Source of the DNA: Burkholderiales bacterium
Lineage (GTDB): Bacteria > Pseudomonadota > Gammaproteobacteria > Burkholderiales > Burkholderiaceae_C
Assembly (NCBI GenBank): GCA_016195825.1
Contig: JACPYV010000130.1
Coordinates: 3,719 to 67,718 of the forward strand
Direction: 5' to 3'
Length of the DNA: 64,000 nucleotides
Positions 31,700-40,272 of the stretch are shown here, piece after piece. The translations under genes and the position numbers were made by a program. Within the stretch, counting starts at the first letter, position 1. Each line of letters starts with the position of its first letter. The notes beneath the pieces are model-generated. The model was not told the DNA's origin, did no database searches, and saw only the letters and a program-made list of their open reading frames with translations.

Positions 31700-32913
31700 G
31701 GGTGGAGTTCTGGGCGGGATGAGGTGAAGGAGACGATGCGGCGGGCTGCTTCAAGGCATTCGGCCTCGTCGGCCACGAGAGCCAGGCGGATGCGCCCGGC
31801 GCCAGGGTTGCTGCCGTGCGCCTCGCGGGCCAGCAGGCTGCCCGGCAGGACCGCGAGATTGTATTGAGCGAGCAGGCCCTGGGCGAAGGCCACATCGTTA
31901 CCGCCGGGAACAGCGGCCCAGAGGTAGAAGCCGGCGTCGGGCAGGGCTACGTCCAGCACGGACGCCAGCAGCGGCGTGACCTCTGCGAACTTCTGGCGGT
32001 AGCGGGCACGGTTCTCGACGACATGAGCCTCGTCGCCCCAGGCCGCGATGCTGGCCGCCTGCACGATGGGGCTCATCGCGCTGCCGTGGTAGGTGCGGTA
32101 GAGCAGGAATTTCTTTAACAGCGCCGCGTCGCCCGCCACGAAGCCCGAGCGCAGGCCTGGCACGTTGGAACGCTTGGACAGCGACGTGAACGCGATCAGG
32201 TTCTTGAAGTCGCTGCGACCCAGCTCGGCGGCAGCTTCCAGGCCGCCGAGCGGCGCTTCATCGCGGAAGTAGATTTCCGAGTAGCACTCATCCGATGCGA
32301 TGACGAAGCCGTGCCGATCACTCAACTCGAACAGCGCCTGCCACTCGCTCAGCGGCATGACTGCGCCGCTCGGGTTGCCCGGCGAGCAGACGTACAGCAG
32401 CTGGGTGCGCGCCCAGGTCGCGTCGTCAATCTGGCGCCAGTCGACGGCGAAGTTGCGCGCCGGGTCCGAATTGGCGAAGGCCACGTCGGCGCCGGCCAGC
32501 AGTGCCGCGCCCTCGTAGATCTGATAGAACGGGTTGGGGCAGACGACCATGGCACCGGGGCGGCTGCCGTCGACGACGGTCTGCGCGATGGCGAACAGCG
32601 CCTCGCGCGAGCCGTTGACCGGCAGCACCTGCGTGGCCGGGTCCAGCGTCACCCCGTAGCGACGGCTGATCCATGCGGTGATGGCCCCGCGCAGCGCCGG
32701 GGTGCCGGCGGTGGCCGGATAACCCGACAAGCCCTTCATCGCGCCCTTGATGGCCTCTTCGATGAGGGCCGGCGCCGCATGGCGCGGCTCGCCGATGCCC
32801 AGCGAGATGTGCGCGAAGTCGGTGCTGGGCTTGATGCCGGCGGTCAGTTCCCGCAGGCGCTCGAAGGGGTAGGGCTGCAGCCGGTCGAGCCGCGGATTGA
32901 CGGAAAAACTCAT
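31696..32913 (-). CDS. dapC: N-succinyldiaminopimelate aminotransferase
   Basis: [39 protein letters not shown]. Confidence 0.9.
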   Translation of the reverse strand: MSFSVNPRLDRLQPYPFERLRELTAGIKPSTDFAHISLGIGEPRHAAPALIEEAIKGAMKGLSGYPATAGTPALRGAITAWISRRYGVTLDPATQVLPVNGSREALFAIAQTVVDGSRPGAMVVCPNPFYQIYEGAALLAGADVAFANSDPARNFAVDWRQIDDATWARTQLLYVCSPGNPSGAVMPLSEWQALFELSDRHGFVIASDECYSEIYFRDEAPLGGLEAAAELGRSDFKNLIAFTSLSKRSNVPGLRSGFVAGDAALLKKFLLYRTYHGSAMSPIVQAASIAAWGDEAHVVENRARYRQKFAEVTPLLASVLDVALPDAGFYLWAAVPGGNDVAFAQGLLAQYNLAVLPGSLLAREAHGSNPGAGRIRLALVADEAECLEAARRIVSFTSSRPELHP

Positions 32914-32958
32914 GAAGGGATGATAGGGCGCGGCCTGCGAGCCGTGGCCTGGGGAGGC

Positions 32959-33744
32959 ATGAAGATGAAACGATGCTGGCTTGTCATGGGGCTGCTCGCC
33001 GCCAGCGGCGCAGCGCTCGCCCAGGTGCAGTGCACCAAGGTGGTCGTCACGGCCGACCCGGAGTACCCACCGTATGCCTGGTACGACGGCCAGACGCTGC
33101 GCGGCGCCAGCGTCGATGTCGTGCTGGCCGTGCTGCAGGCCATGAAGCTGCCCTATGAGTTGCGCTATGTCGGCCCGTTTGTGCGCGTTCTGCAGAACGC
33201 CCGACTCGGCGACGTGGACATCGTCACCGAGCTCAAGCGCAATGCCGAGCGCGAGTCCTATCTGGTCTTCACTGACACGGCCATCTTCACCAACCCGTCG
33301 TCGGTCTTCGTGCGGGCCGGCCACAAGCTCCAGTTCAGCAAACGCGAAGACTTGCGCGGCCTGCGCGGAGGGGCCACGCATGGCACGCGCTTCGGTGACG
33401 GACTGGACGAATACATCGAGGCCAACCTGAACGTGGAAACCGGTCCGGGCATCAAAGAGAACTTCCTGAAGCTGGACGCTGGCCGCATCGACTACTTCAT
33501 TTCACCGCACTACCCAGCACTGTCGCACCTGATCTCCAGTGGGACCGAAGCCCGGTACATGGCGCTGCGGCCCTTCGTGGCCGAGGCGTTGAACTATGTC
33601 GGCTGGTCGCGCCGCAGCCCTTGCCTGGGGCGGCTTGCGGAGTTCGATGCGACGCTCAAGCGCTACCTGACGACGCTGAACACCGGTCGCGTCGTCGACG
33701 ACAACCAGGACGCCTGGCGCCGCAATCCGGTGATGAAGCGTTGA
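32959..33744 (+). CDS. Stand-alone periplasmic solute-binding protein (family 3-like)
   Basis: Signal peptide, YPPYAW, RVLQ...GDVD, KLDAGRID; no adjacent permease. Confidence 0.75.
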   Translation: MKMKRCWLVMGLLAASGAALAQVQCTKVVVTADPEYPPYAWYDGQTLRGASVDVVLAVLQAMKLPYELRYVGPFVRVLQNARLGDVDIVTELKRNAERESYLVFTDTAIFTNPSSVFVRAGHKLQFSKREDLRGLRGGATHGTRFGDGLDEYIEANLNVETGPGIKENFLKLDAGRIDYFISPHYPALSHLISSGTEARYMALRPFVAEALNYVGWSRRSPCLGRLAEFDATLKRYLTTLNTGRVVDDNQDAWRRNPVMKR

Positions 33745-33795
33745 AATGGCGCCCTCTCGGTCAAGGCCTGCCTAGGCCGGCCCTCCTGCGGGGGA

Positions 33796-34287
33796 TCAGC
33801 CCAGCATGCCCGACTCGAAACCGTGGGCCGGCAGGTCCACGCGCGGTGCGGGCGCCCAGCCAGGCTTGCGGTGCTCGGCCACCACGTTGGTGTAGATGCC
33901 GCCGCGCACATACCACTTGGCCGTGATGCGGATGAAGCGCGGGTCGGTCACTTTGATGATGTCATCCAGGATGGTGTTGGTGACCTTCTCGTGGAAGGCG
34001 CCCTCGTTGCGGTAGCTCCAGAAGTACATCTTCAGGCTCTTGAGCTCCACGCAGAGCTCGTCCGCAATCATGTCGATGGTGAAGTGCGCAAAGTCGGGCT
34101 GGCCCGTCAGCGGGCAGTGGCAAGTGAACTCGGGCACCTGGAACTGGATGACGTAGTCGCGCTCAGGGTTGGGATTGGGAAAGACCAGGATGTCCTTGCT
34201 CGGCTTGGTCGGCGGGTTCTTGGGCACCTCGCGCATCTTGGGTTTCTTCTTGGTAGCGGGTGCGGGGACGGACTTCTTGGTAGCCAT
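33796..34287 (-). CDS. queF: PreQ1 synthase (7-cyano-7-deazaguanine reductase), short type I
   Basis: [36 protein letters not shown]. Confidence 0.9.
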   Translation of the reverse strand: MATKKSVPAPATKKKPKMREVPKNPPTKPSKDILVFPNPNPERDYVIQFQVPEFTCHCPLTGQPDFAHFTIDMIADELCVELKSLKMYFWSYRNEGAFHEKVTNTILDDIIKVTDPRFIRITAKWYVRGGIYTNVVAEHRKPGWAPAPRVDLPAHGFESGMLG

Positions 34288-34369
34288 GGTGCAAGGGCAA
34301 TCTGTGAGGGGGCGAATGCTATCATCCGACCCCGACGAAGCGCCCCTGAAAGGCGCTTTTCTTTAGCCA

Positions 34370-34382
34370 AATCAAGGGCTTA
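34370..34382 (+). promoter_or_regulatory. IHF consensus site in the queF/smc divergent region
   Basis: AATCAAGGGCTTA matches WATCAANNNNTTR. Confidence 0.45.
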
Positions 34383-34406
34383 CCTCGCCCCGTCCATGCG
34401 ACCCCC

Positions 34407-37400
34407 ATGCGGCTGAACTCGATCAAGCTCGCCGGCTTCAAGTCCTTTGCCGAACCCACGACCTTCCAGTTGCCCGGGCAACTGGTCGGCGTCGTCGGTC
34501 CCAACGGCTGCGGCAAGTCCAACATCATGGACGCCGTGCGCTGGGTGCTGGGCGAGAGCAAGGCCAGCGAGTTGCGCGGCGAGTCCATGCAGGACGTCAT
34601 CTTCAACGGCAGCGGCAACCGCAAGCCGGCGGGACGTTCCAGCGTGGAGCTGGTGTTCGACAACCAATCCGCTCGCGCTGGAGGGCCGTGGAACCAGTTC
34701 ACCGAGATCGCCGTCAAGCGTGTGCTGACGCGTGACGGCACCAGTAGCTACTTCATCAACAACCAGCCGGTTCGTCGCCGCGACGTGCAGGACGTGTTTC
34801 TGGGCACGGGCCTCGGCCCCCGCGCCTACGCCATCATCGGTCAGGGCACCATCTCCCGCATCATCGAGAGCAAGCCGGAAGAGCTGCGGCTGTTCCTGGA
34901 AGAAGCGGCCGGCGTGTCCAAGTACAAGGAACGCCGCCGCGAGACCGAGAACCGGCTCAAGGACACGCGCGAGAACCTGACCCGCGTCGACGACATCCTG
35001 CGCGAGCTGAACGCCAACCTCGACAAGCTGGAGAAGCAGGCCGAAGTGGCAGCCAGCTACCGGCAATTGCAGGACGCGGGCACGCTGAAGCTGCACCAGC
35101 TTTGGTTCCTTAAGGCAAGAGATGCCGGCACGGAGGCCGCGAGGGTTAAGACGGCGCATGCCGAGGCCGTCAACGCGCTGGAGTCGCGCACGGCCGAGTT
35201 GCGCGCCGTCGAGGCGACGCTGGAAGAAGTGCGGCAGTCGCACTACGCGGCCGGCGATGAGCTGCATGCTTCGCAGGGCCGCTACGCCGAAGCCCAGCTC
35301 GAAGTCAGCCGGCTGGAAGAACGCATCCGCTTCGTCGTCGAGAGCCGCACCCGCGCCCAGGCTCGTCTGGCCGAGCTGCACGCGCAAGACGGCCAGTGGC
35401 GCGAGCGCGCCCTTCAGGCTAAGGACGAATTGGAAGGCATCGCTGAGCAGATCGCGGGCGCGGACGAGCAAAGCGAGATCCTCGCCGCGCAGGCCGAGGA
35501 GCAGCAGGTCCAGCTGCCGCAGACCGAAGACGCGCTGCGTGCCGCGCAGAACCGTGCGAACGAGCAGCGCACCCAGGTAACCCAGGTGCAGCAGCAGATC
35601 CAGGTGCTGGCCGCTGAAAGCCGCAGCGTGGACGAGCAGGCCAGGGCGCTGCGCCAGCGCGAGGACCGGCTCACGGCCGAGTCGCGCGCGCTGGGCGCCC
35701 CCGATCACGAGGCCCTGGAGACCCTGCGCGAACGCAGTGCCGCGGCCGACGAAGAACGTGACCTGTCCGATGCCCGCCTCCAGGAGCTGGCGGAGCAGGT
35801 GCCACAGCTCGAAGAGCAGCGCCGCACGCTGCAGCAGGATGCCAACGCCCAGCTCGCCAGGCAATCCGACCTCACCGCCCGCCTGGAAGCCTTGAAGGCG
35901 CTGCAGGAAAAGGTGCAGACCGAGGGCAAGCTCAAGCCCTGGCTGGCCAGGCACGGACTGGATGGCTTGCAAGGCCTGTGGACCCGACTGCACATCGCGC
36001 TGGGTTGGGAGAACGCCCTGGAATCCGCCTTGCGCGAGCGCATGGGTGCGCTCAGCGTGGGCCGGCTGGACACGGTGCGCGCGTTTGAGGCCGATGCTCC
36101 GCCCGCCCGCCTGGCCTTTTATTCGACGCCCGCCGGATCAATCGCCAACACGCACGAGACGCTGCCCAAGCTGACCGAGCTGCTGCGCCTGGACGACGCG
36201 GGCCTGAGCGCGCTGCTGAACGACTGGCTGGAAGGCGTCTACACGGCGCTAACGCTGGATGAAGCACTGGCCGCACGCGCGAAGCTCACGCACGGCGAAC
36301 TGATCCTGACGCCGGCCGGTCACGCAGTCGGTCAGTTCTCGGTGACCTTCTACGCGCCGGACTCCGAGCAGGCGGGGCTTCTTGCCCGCGCGCAGGAGAT
36401 CGAGCAGCTGACGACGGCCCAGCGCGCGCAGAACCTGATCGCCGACGAGGCCCGCCTGTCGCTGAGCCGTATCGAACACCAGTTCAACGATGCCAATGGC
36501 CGCCTGACGACGCTGCGCCGCGAGGCCAGCGAGGCGCAGACGCGCGCGCACCAGCTGCACGTCGAGCTGCTGCGCCTCTCCCAGCAGGCCGAGGCCAGCC
36601 AGCAGCGTCGCAGCGCACTGGACGCCGAGCTGGCCGAGATTGCCGCGCAGCAGGAAGCGCTGCAGGAGCGCCGCGCGGTGGGCGAGGCGCGGTTCGAAGA
36701 ACTCGACATCCAGCTCGGCGACGCGCAGCAGCGCCACGCGGAGCTGGACGACGGCGTCATCGCCGCCGAACGCAGGCTGGCCGATGCCCGCGAGCAGCTG
36801 CGCGCGCTGGAGCGCCGCGCCCAGGAAGCCCGCTTCGCCACACAGACGCTGGCCGCCCGGCGCGGCGAGCTGCAGCGCGGCATCGAGACGGCCGAGGCGC
36901 AGATTGCCACCGTCGCGACGTCTGCCGCCAGCCTGCAGACCGAGCTGGACACGTTGAACGACGCCGCCGCGCAGGCCGGCCTGCAGGATGCGCTGGCCCT
37001 CAAGGTGGAACGCGAGCAGGCCCTGGCCGCCGTGCGCGCCAATTACGACGACCTCAGTCTTCGCCTGCGCAAGGCCGACGAGCAGCGCATGACGTTCGAG
37101 CGCAGCCTTGACCCGCTGCGCGAAGCCATCACCAAGCTGCAGCTGGAAGAGCAGGCCGCGCAACTGGGCGGCGCGCAATACCGCGAGCAGTTGGAAGCCG
37201 CGGCGGTCGACCTGGAAGCACTCGCCAAGTCCATCGAGGACGGCGGCGTGAAGCTTTACGGCCTCCAGGGTGAGATCGACCGCATCAACCGCGAGATCGC
37301 GGCGCTGGGCGCGGTCAACCTTGCTGCGCTGGACGAGCTGACCGTGGCTCGCGAGCGCAAGACCTTCCTCGACTCGCAGTGTGCCGACCTGAACTCGGCC

Positions 37401-37922
37401 ATCAAGACGCTGGAAGACGCGATCCACAAGATCGACCTGGAGACACGTGACCTGCTGGGCGCGACCTTCAACCAGGTCAACGACCACTTCGGCCGCATGT
37501 TCCCCGAGCTGTTCGGCGGCGGGCAGGCCCGGCTGGTCATGACAGGTGACGAGATTCTGGACGCCGGCGTGCAGGTCATGGCCCAGCCGCCGGGCAAGAA
37601 GAACAGCACCATCCACCTGCTGTCGGGCGGCGAGAAAGCGCTGACGGCGATCGCGCTGGTGTTTGCGATCTTCCAGCTCAACCCGGCACCGTTCTGCCTG
37701 CTGGACGAGGTGGATGCGCCGCTGGACGACGCCAACACCGAGCGCTATGCCAAGCTCGTCTCGCAGATGAGCCGGAGCACGCAGTTCCTCTTCATCTCGC
37801 ACAACAAGATTGCGATGGAAATGGCTGAACAACTGATTGGGGTGACGATGCAGGAGCAGGGGGTGTCGCGCATCGTGGCGGTGGACATGGACAAGGCACT
37901 GGCGATGGCGGAGTTGGCATGA
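34407..37922 (+). CDS. smc: Chromosome segregation protein SMC
   Basis: GPNGCGKSN Walker A, long coiled coils with hinge, LSGGEK, LDEVDAPLD. Confidence 0.97.
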   Translation: MRLNSIKLAGFKSFAEPTTFQLPGQLVGVVGPNGCGKSNIMDAVRWVLGESKASELRGESMQDVIFNGSGNRKPAGRSSVELVFDNQSARAGGPWNQFTEIAVKRVLTRDGTSSYFINNQPVRRRDVQDVFLGTGLGPRAYAIIGQGTISRIIESKPEELRLFLEEAAGVSKYKERRRETENRLKDTRENLTRVDDILRELNANLDKLEKQAEVAASYRQLQDAGTLKLHQLWFLKARDAGTEAARVKTAHAEAVNALESRTAELRAVEATLEEVRQSHYAAGDELHASQGRYAEAQLEVSRLEERIRFVVESRTRAQARLAELHAQDGQWRERALQAKDELEGIAEQIAGADEQSEILAAQAEEQQVQLPQTEDALRAAQNRANEQRTQVTQVQQQIQVLAAESRSVDEQARALRQREDRLTAESRALGAPDHEALETLRERSAAADEERDLSDARLQELAEQVPQLEEQRRTLQQDANAQLARQSDLTARLEALKALQEKVQTEGKLKPWLARHGLDGLQGLWTRLHIALGWENALESALRERMGALSVGRLDTVRAFEADAPPARLAFYSTPAGSIANTHETLPKLTELLRLDDAGLSALLNDWLEGVYTALTLDEALAARAKLTHGELILTPAGHAVGQFSVTFYAPDSEQAGLLARAQEIEQLTTAQRAQNLIADEARLSLSRIEHQFNDANGRLTTLRREASEAQTRAHQLHVELLRLSQQAEASQQRRSALDAELAEIAAQQEALQERRAVGEARFEELDIQLGDAQQRHAELDDGVIAAERRLADAREQLRALERRAQEARFATQTLAARRGELQRGIETAEAQIATVATSAASLQTELDTLNDAAAQAGLQDALALKVEREQALAAVRANYDDLSLRLRKADEQRMTFERSLDPLREAITKLQLEEQAAQLGGAQYREQLEAAAVDLEALAKSIEDGGVKLYGLQGEIDRINREIAALGAVNLAALDELTVARERKTFLDSQCADLNSAIKTLEDAIHKIDLETRDLLGATFNQVNDHFGRMFPELFGGGQARLVMTGDEILDAGVQVMAQPPGKKNSTIHLLSGGEKALTAIALVFAIFQLNPAPFCLLDEVDAPLDDANTERYAKLVSQMSRSTQFLFISHNKIAMEMAEQLIGVTMQEQGVSRIVAVDMDKALAMAELA

Positions 37923-38971
37923 CGATCAGCCTGACGACGTTGCTGGCCATCCTCGGCGGCCTCGTGCTGGCCGGTGTCGTCGCCCACGGCGCCTGGACGG
38001 CGCGCAAGGCCGGCCCCAAACGCGCTGTGCCGCCAATGGAGGAGCCGCACTTCGACGGCCCACCGGCCGTGGCGACGCAAGGAGGCGAAGCGGTGCCTGA
38101 TCCGCTGGAGGTGACCCTTCCGGCCGTGGCGCGCCCCCCGCGCCGGCCATCGTCGCGGGTGGACGCGCTGATCGACGCGATCGCGACCCTCACCGTCGAG
38201 GCCCCGGTGTCCGGTGAATTCGCGCTGCAGCACCAGCCCGGCAGCCGCCGCGCCGGCACCAAGCCCTTCCAGATCGAAGGCCTGAACGCCGAGACCGGCG
38301 ACTGGGAGCTGCCCACGCCGGGCCAGCGCTACAGCGAGTTCCAGGTCGGCGTGAAGATGGCCAACCGCAGCGGTGCGCTCAACGAGATCGAATACTCCGA
38401 GTTCGTGCAGAAGATCCAGGCCTTTGCCGACGGCATGGGCGGCTTCGTGCAGTTCCCGGACATGCTGGATGTCGTGGCCCGTGCGCGCGAGCTGGACCAG
38501 TTCGCTGCCAGCCACGATGCCCAGCTGGCGCTGCTGCTGCGCGCCAAGGCCGCGGCCTGGACGCCCGGCTTTGTGCAGCAGTCCGCGGCGCGGCATGGCT
38601 TCGTGGCCGGCGCGCTGCCGGGCCGCCTGGTCATGCCCTCGGTCGAGGAAGGCGCACCGCCGGTGCTGACGCTGCAGTTCGACGCCCAGGCCGCGCTGGC
38701 CGACGACCCCGAGGCCTTGTCGCTGCGCGAGCTGACGCTGGCGCTGGACGTGCCGCAGACCCCGGCCGACCAGGAGCCGTTCGCGGCCTGGCAGGAAGCG
38801 GCCCGCGCGCTGGCCCGCGACCTGGAAGCCGAGGTCTGCGACGACCGCGGCCAGGTGCTGGGCCTGCACGCCTTCGCGGCCATCGACGTTGAGCTGAAGA
38901 AGCTCTACCAGGCGCTCGCAGAGCGCGACCTGGCTGCCGGTTCGCCGGCAGCTCGCAGGTTGTTCAGCTGA
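37919..38971 (+). CDS. zipA: Cell division protein with ZipA C-terminal FtsZ-binding domain
   Basis: N-terminal TM, Pro-rich linker, NRSGALNEIEYSEF, LALDVP; downstream of smc. Confidence 0.8.
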   Translation: MTISLTTLLAILGGLVLAGVVAHGAWTARKAGPKRAVPPMEEPHFDGPPAVATQGGEAVPDPLEVTLPAVARPPRRPSSRVDALIDAIATLTVEAPVSGEFALQHQPGSRRAGTKPFQIEGLNAETGDWELPTPGQRYSEFQVGVKMANRSGALNEIEYSEFVQKIQAFADGMGGFVQFPDMLDVVARARELDQFAASHDAQLALLLRAKAAAWTPGFVQQSAARHGFVAGALPGRLVMPSVEEGAPPVLTLQFDAQAALADDPEALSLRELTLALDVPQTPADQEPFAAWQEAARALARDLEAEVCDDRGQVLGLHAFAAIDVELKKLYQALAERDLAAGSPAARRLFS

Positions 38972-40272
38972 TGACGACCTCGCTGCTGCTGATCAGCCTG
39001 CTGATCCTCGGCAGCGCGTTCTTCTCCATGGCCGAGCTGTCGCTGGCCGCGTCACGGCGGCTGAACCTGCAGCAGCGCGCCGACGCCGGCGATGCGCGTG
39101 CGGCCAAGGTGTTGTCCGTGCAAGAGCACCCGGGCGACTACTTCACCGTCGTGCAGATCGGCGTCAACACCGTCGCCATCCTGGCCGGCATCGTTGGCGA
39201 AGGCGCCTTCACGCCGCATTTCGAGGCGGCGTTCCGGCTGACCATGGCGCCCGAGCCGGCTGCGACGCTGGGCTTCGCCGCGTCGTTCGTCAGCATCACG
39301 GCGCTCTTCATCGTGCTGGCTGACCTGGTGCCCAAGCGGCTGTCCATGAACGAGCCCGAGCGCGTCGCCATGGCTCTGGTCGGCCCCATGCTGCTGCTAT
39401 GCCGCGTGCTCAAGCCGCTGGCCTGGGCGTTCAGCGGCATCACCGAAGGCCTGATCCGCGTGCTGGGCCTGCCCGCCAAGCGCGACGAGACCATCAGTTA
39501 CCGCGACATCCTGGCGCTGACCGAGGCCGGCTACCAGGCCGGTGTCGTCGCCGACGAGGAGCAGCAGGTCATCGCCAACGTGTTCGAACTGGACACGCGC
39601 ACCGTCGAGACGGTGATGACCAACCGCGAACGCATCGTGTTCTTCTCGCGCGACGACGACGACGTGCTGATCCGCAACCGCATCGCCGATGCGCCGCACT
39701 CGACCTACCTCGTGTGCGACGGCGACATCGACCAGGTGGTGGGCTATGTAGACGCGACCGACCTGTTCCAGCGCGTGCTGCGCGATGAGCCGCTGTCGCT
39801 GCGTGACGGCGGCGGCATGCTCGTCAAGAAGGTGCTCATCGTGCCGGACCGGCTCACGTTGTCCGAGATGCTGACGCAGTTCCGCGAGGCGCACGAGGAC
39901 TTTGCCGTCATCGTCAATGAGTACAGCCGCGTGGTGGGCGTCGTCACGCTGAACGATGTGATGAGCACGGTGATGGGCGCGCTGGTTGCGCCGCACGACG
40001 AAGAGCAGATCGTGCGCCGCGAGGACGGCTCCTTCCTGGCCGACGGCGTCACACCCATCCCCGACGTCGAGCGCTCGCTGGGCATTGAGGGCTGGCCCAA
40101 CGCCGGCACCTACGACACGTTGGCCGGCTTCCTCATGGTGATGCTGCGCCGCATTCCGCGCCGCACCGATGTGGTGGAGTGGGAAGGCTGGCGCTTCGAG
40201 GTGGTGGACGTGGACAGCTACCGGGTCGACCAGGTGATGGTGACCCGGGTCGCCCCTGCCGTCAAAACTTGA
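38971..40272 (+). CDS. CNNM/CBS/CorC-HlyC domain membrane protein (hemolysin family)
   Basis: FFSMAELSL, VQIGVN, DLVPKR, VMTNR, NEY..VVGVVTLND, YDTLAGF, EVVDVD. Confidence 0.85.
   Translation: MTTSLLLISLLILGSAFFSMAELSLAASRRLNLQQRADAGDARAAKVLSVQEHPGDYFTVVQIGVNTVAILAGIVGEGAFTPHFEAAFRLTMAPEPAATLGFAASFVSITALFIVLADLVPKRLSMNEPERVAMALVGPMLLLCRVLKPLAWAFSGITEGLIRVLGLPAKRDETISYRDILALTEAGYQAGVVADEEQQVIANVFELDTRTVETVMTNRERIVFFSRDDDDVLIRNRIADAPHSTYLVCDGDIDQVVGYVDATDLFQRVLRDEPLSLRDGGGMLVKKVLIVPDRLTLSEMLTQFREAHEDFAVIVNEYSRVVGVVTLNDVMSTVMGALVAPHDEEQIVRREDGSFLADGVTPIPDVERSLGIEGWPNAGTYDTLAGFLMVMLRRIPRRTDVVEWEGWRFEVVDVDSYRVDQVMVTRVAPAVKT

Noticed and set aside
34288-34406. preQ1 riboswitch upstream of queF
   Set aside because: No preQ1-I stem/A-rich tail pattern on the minus strand
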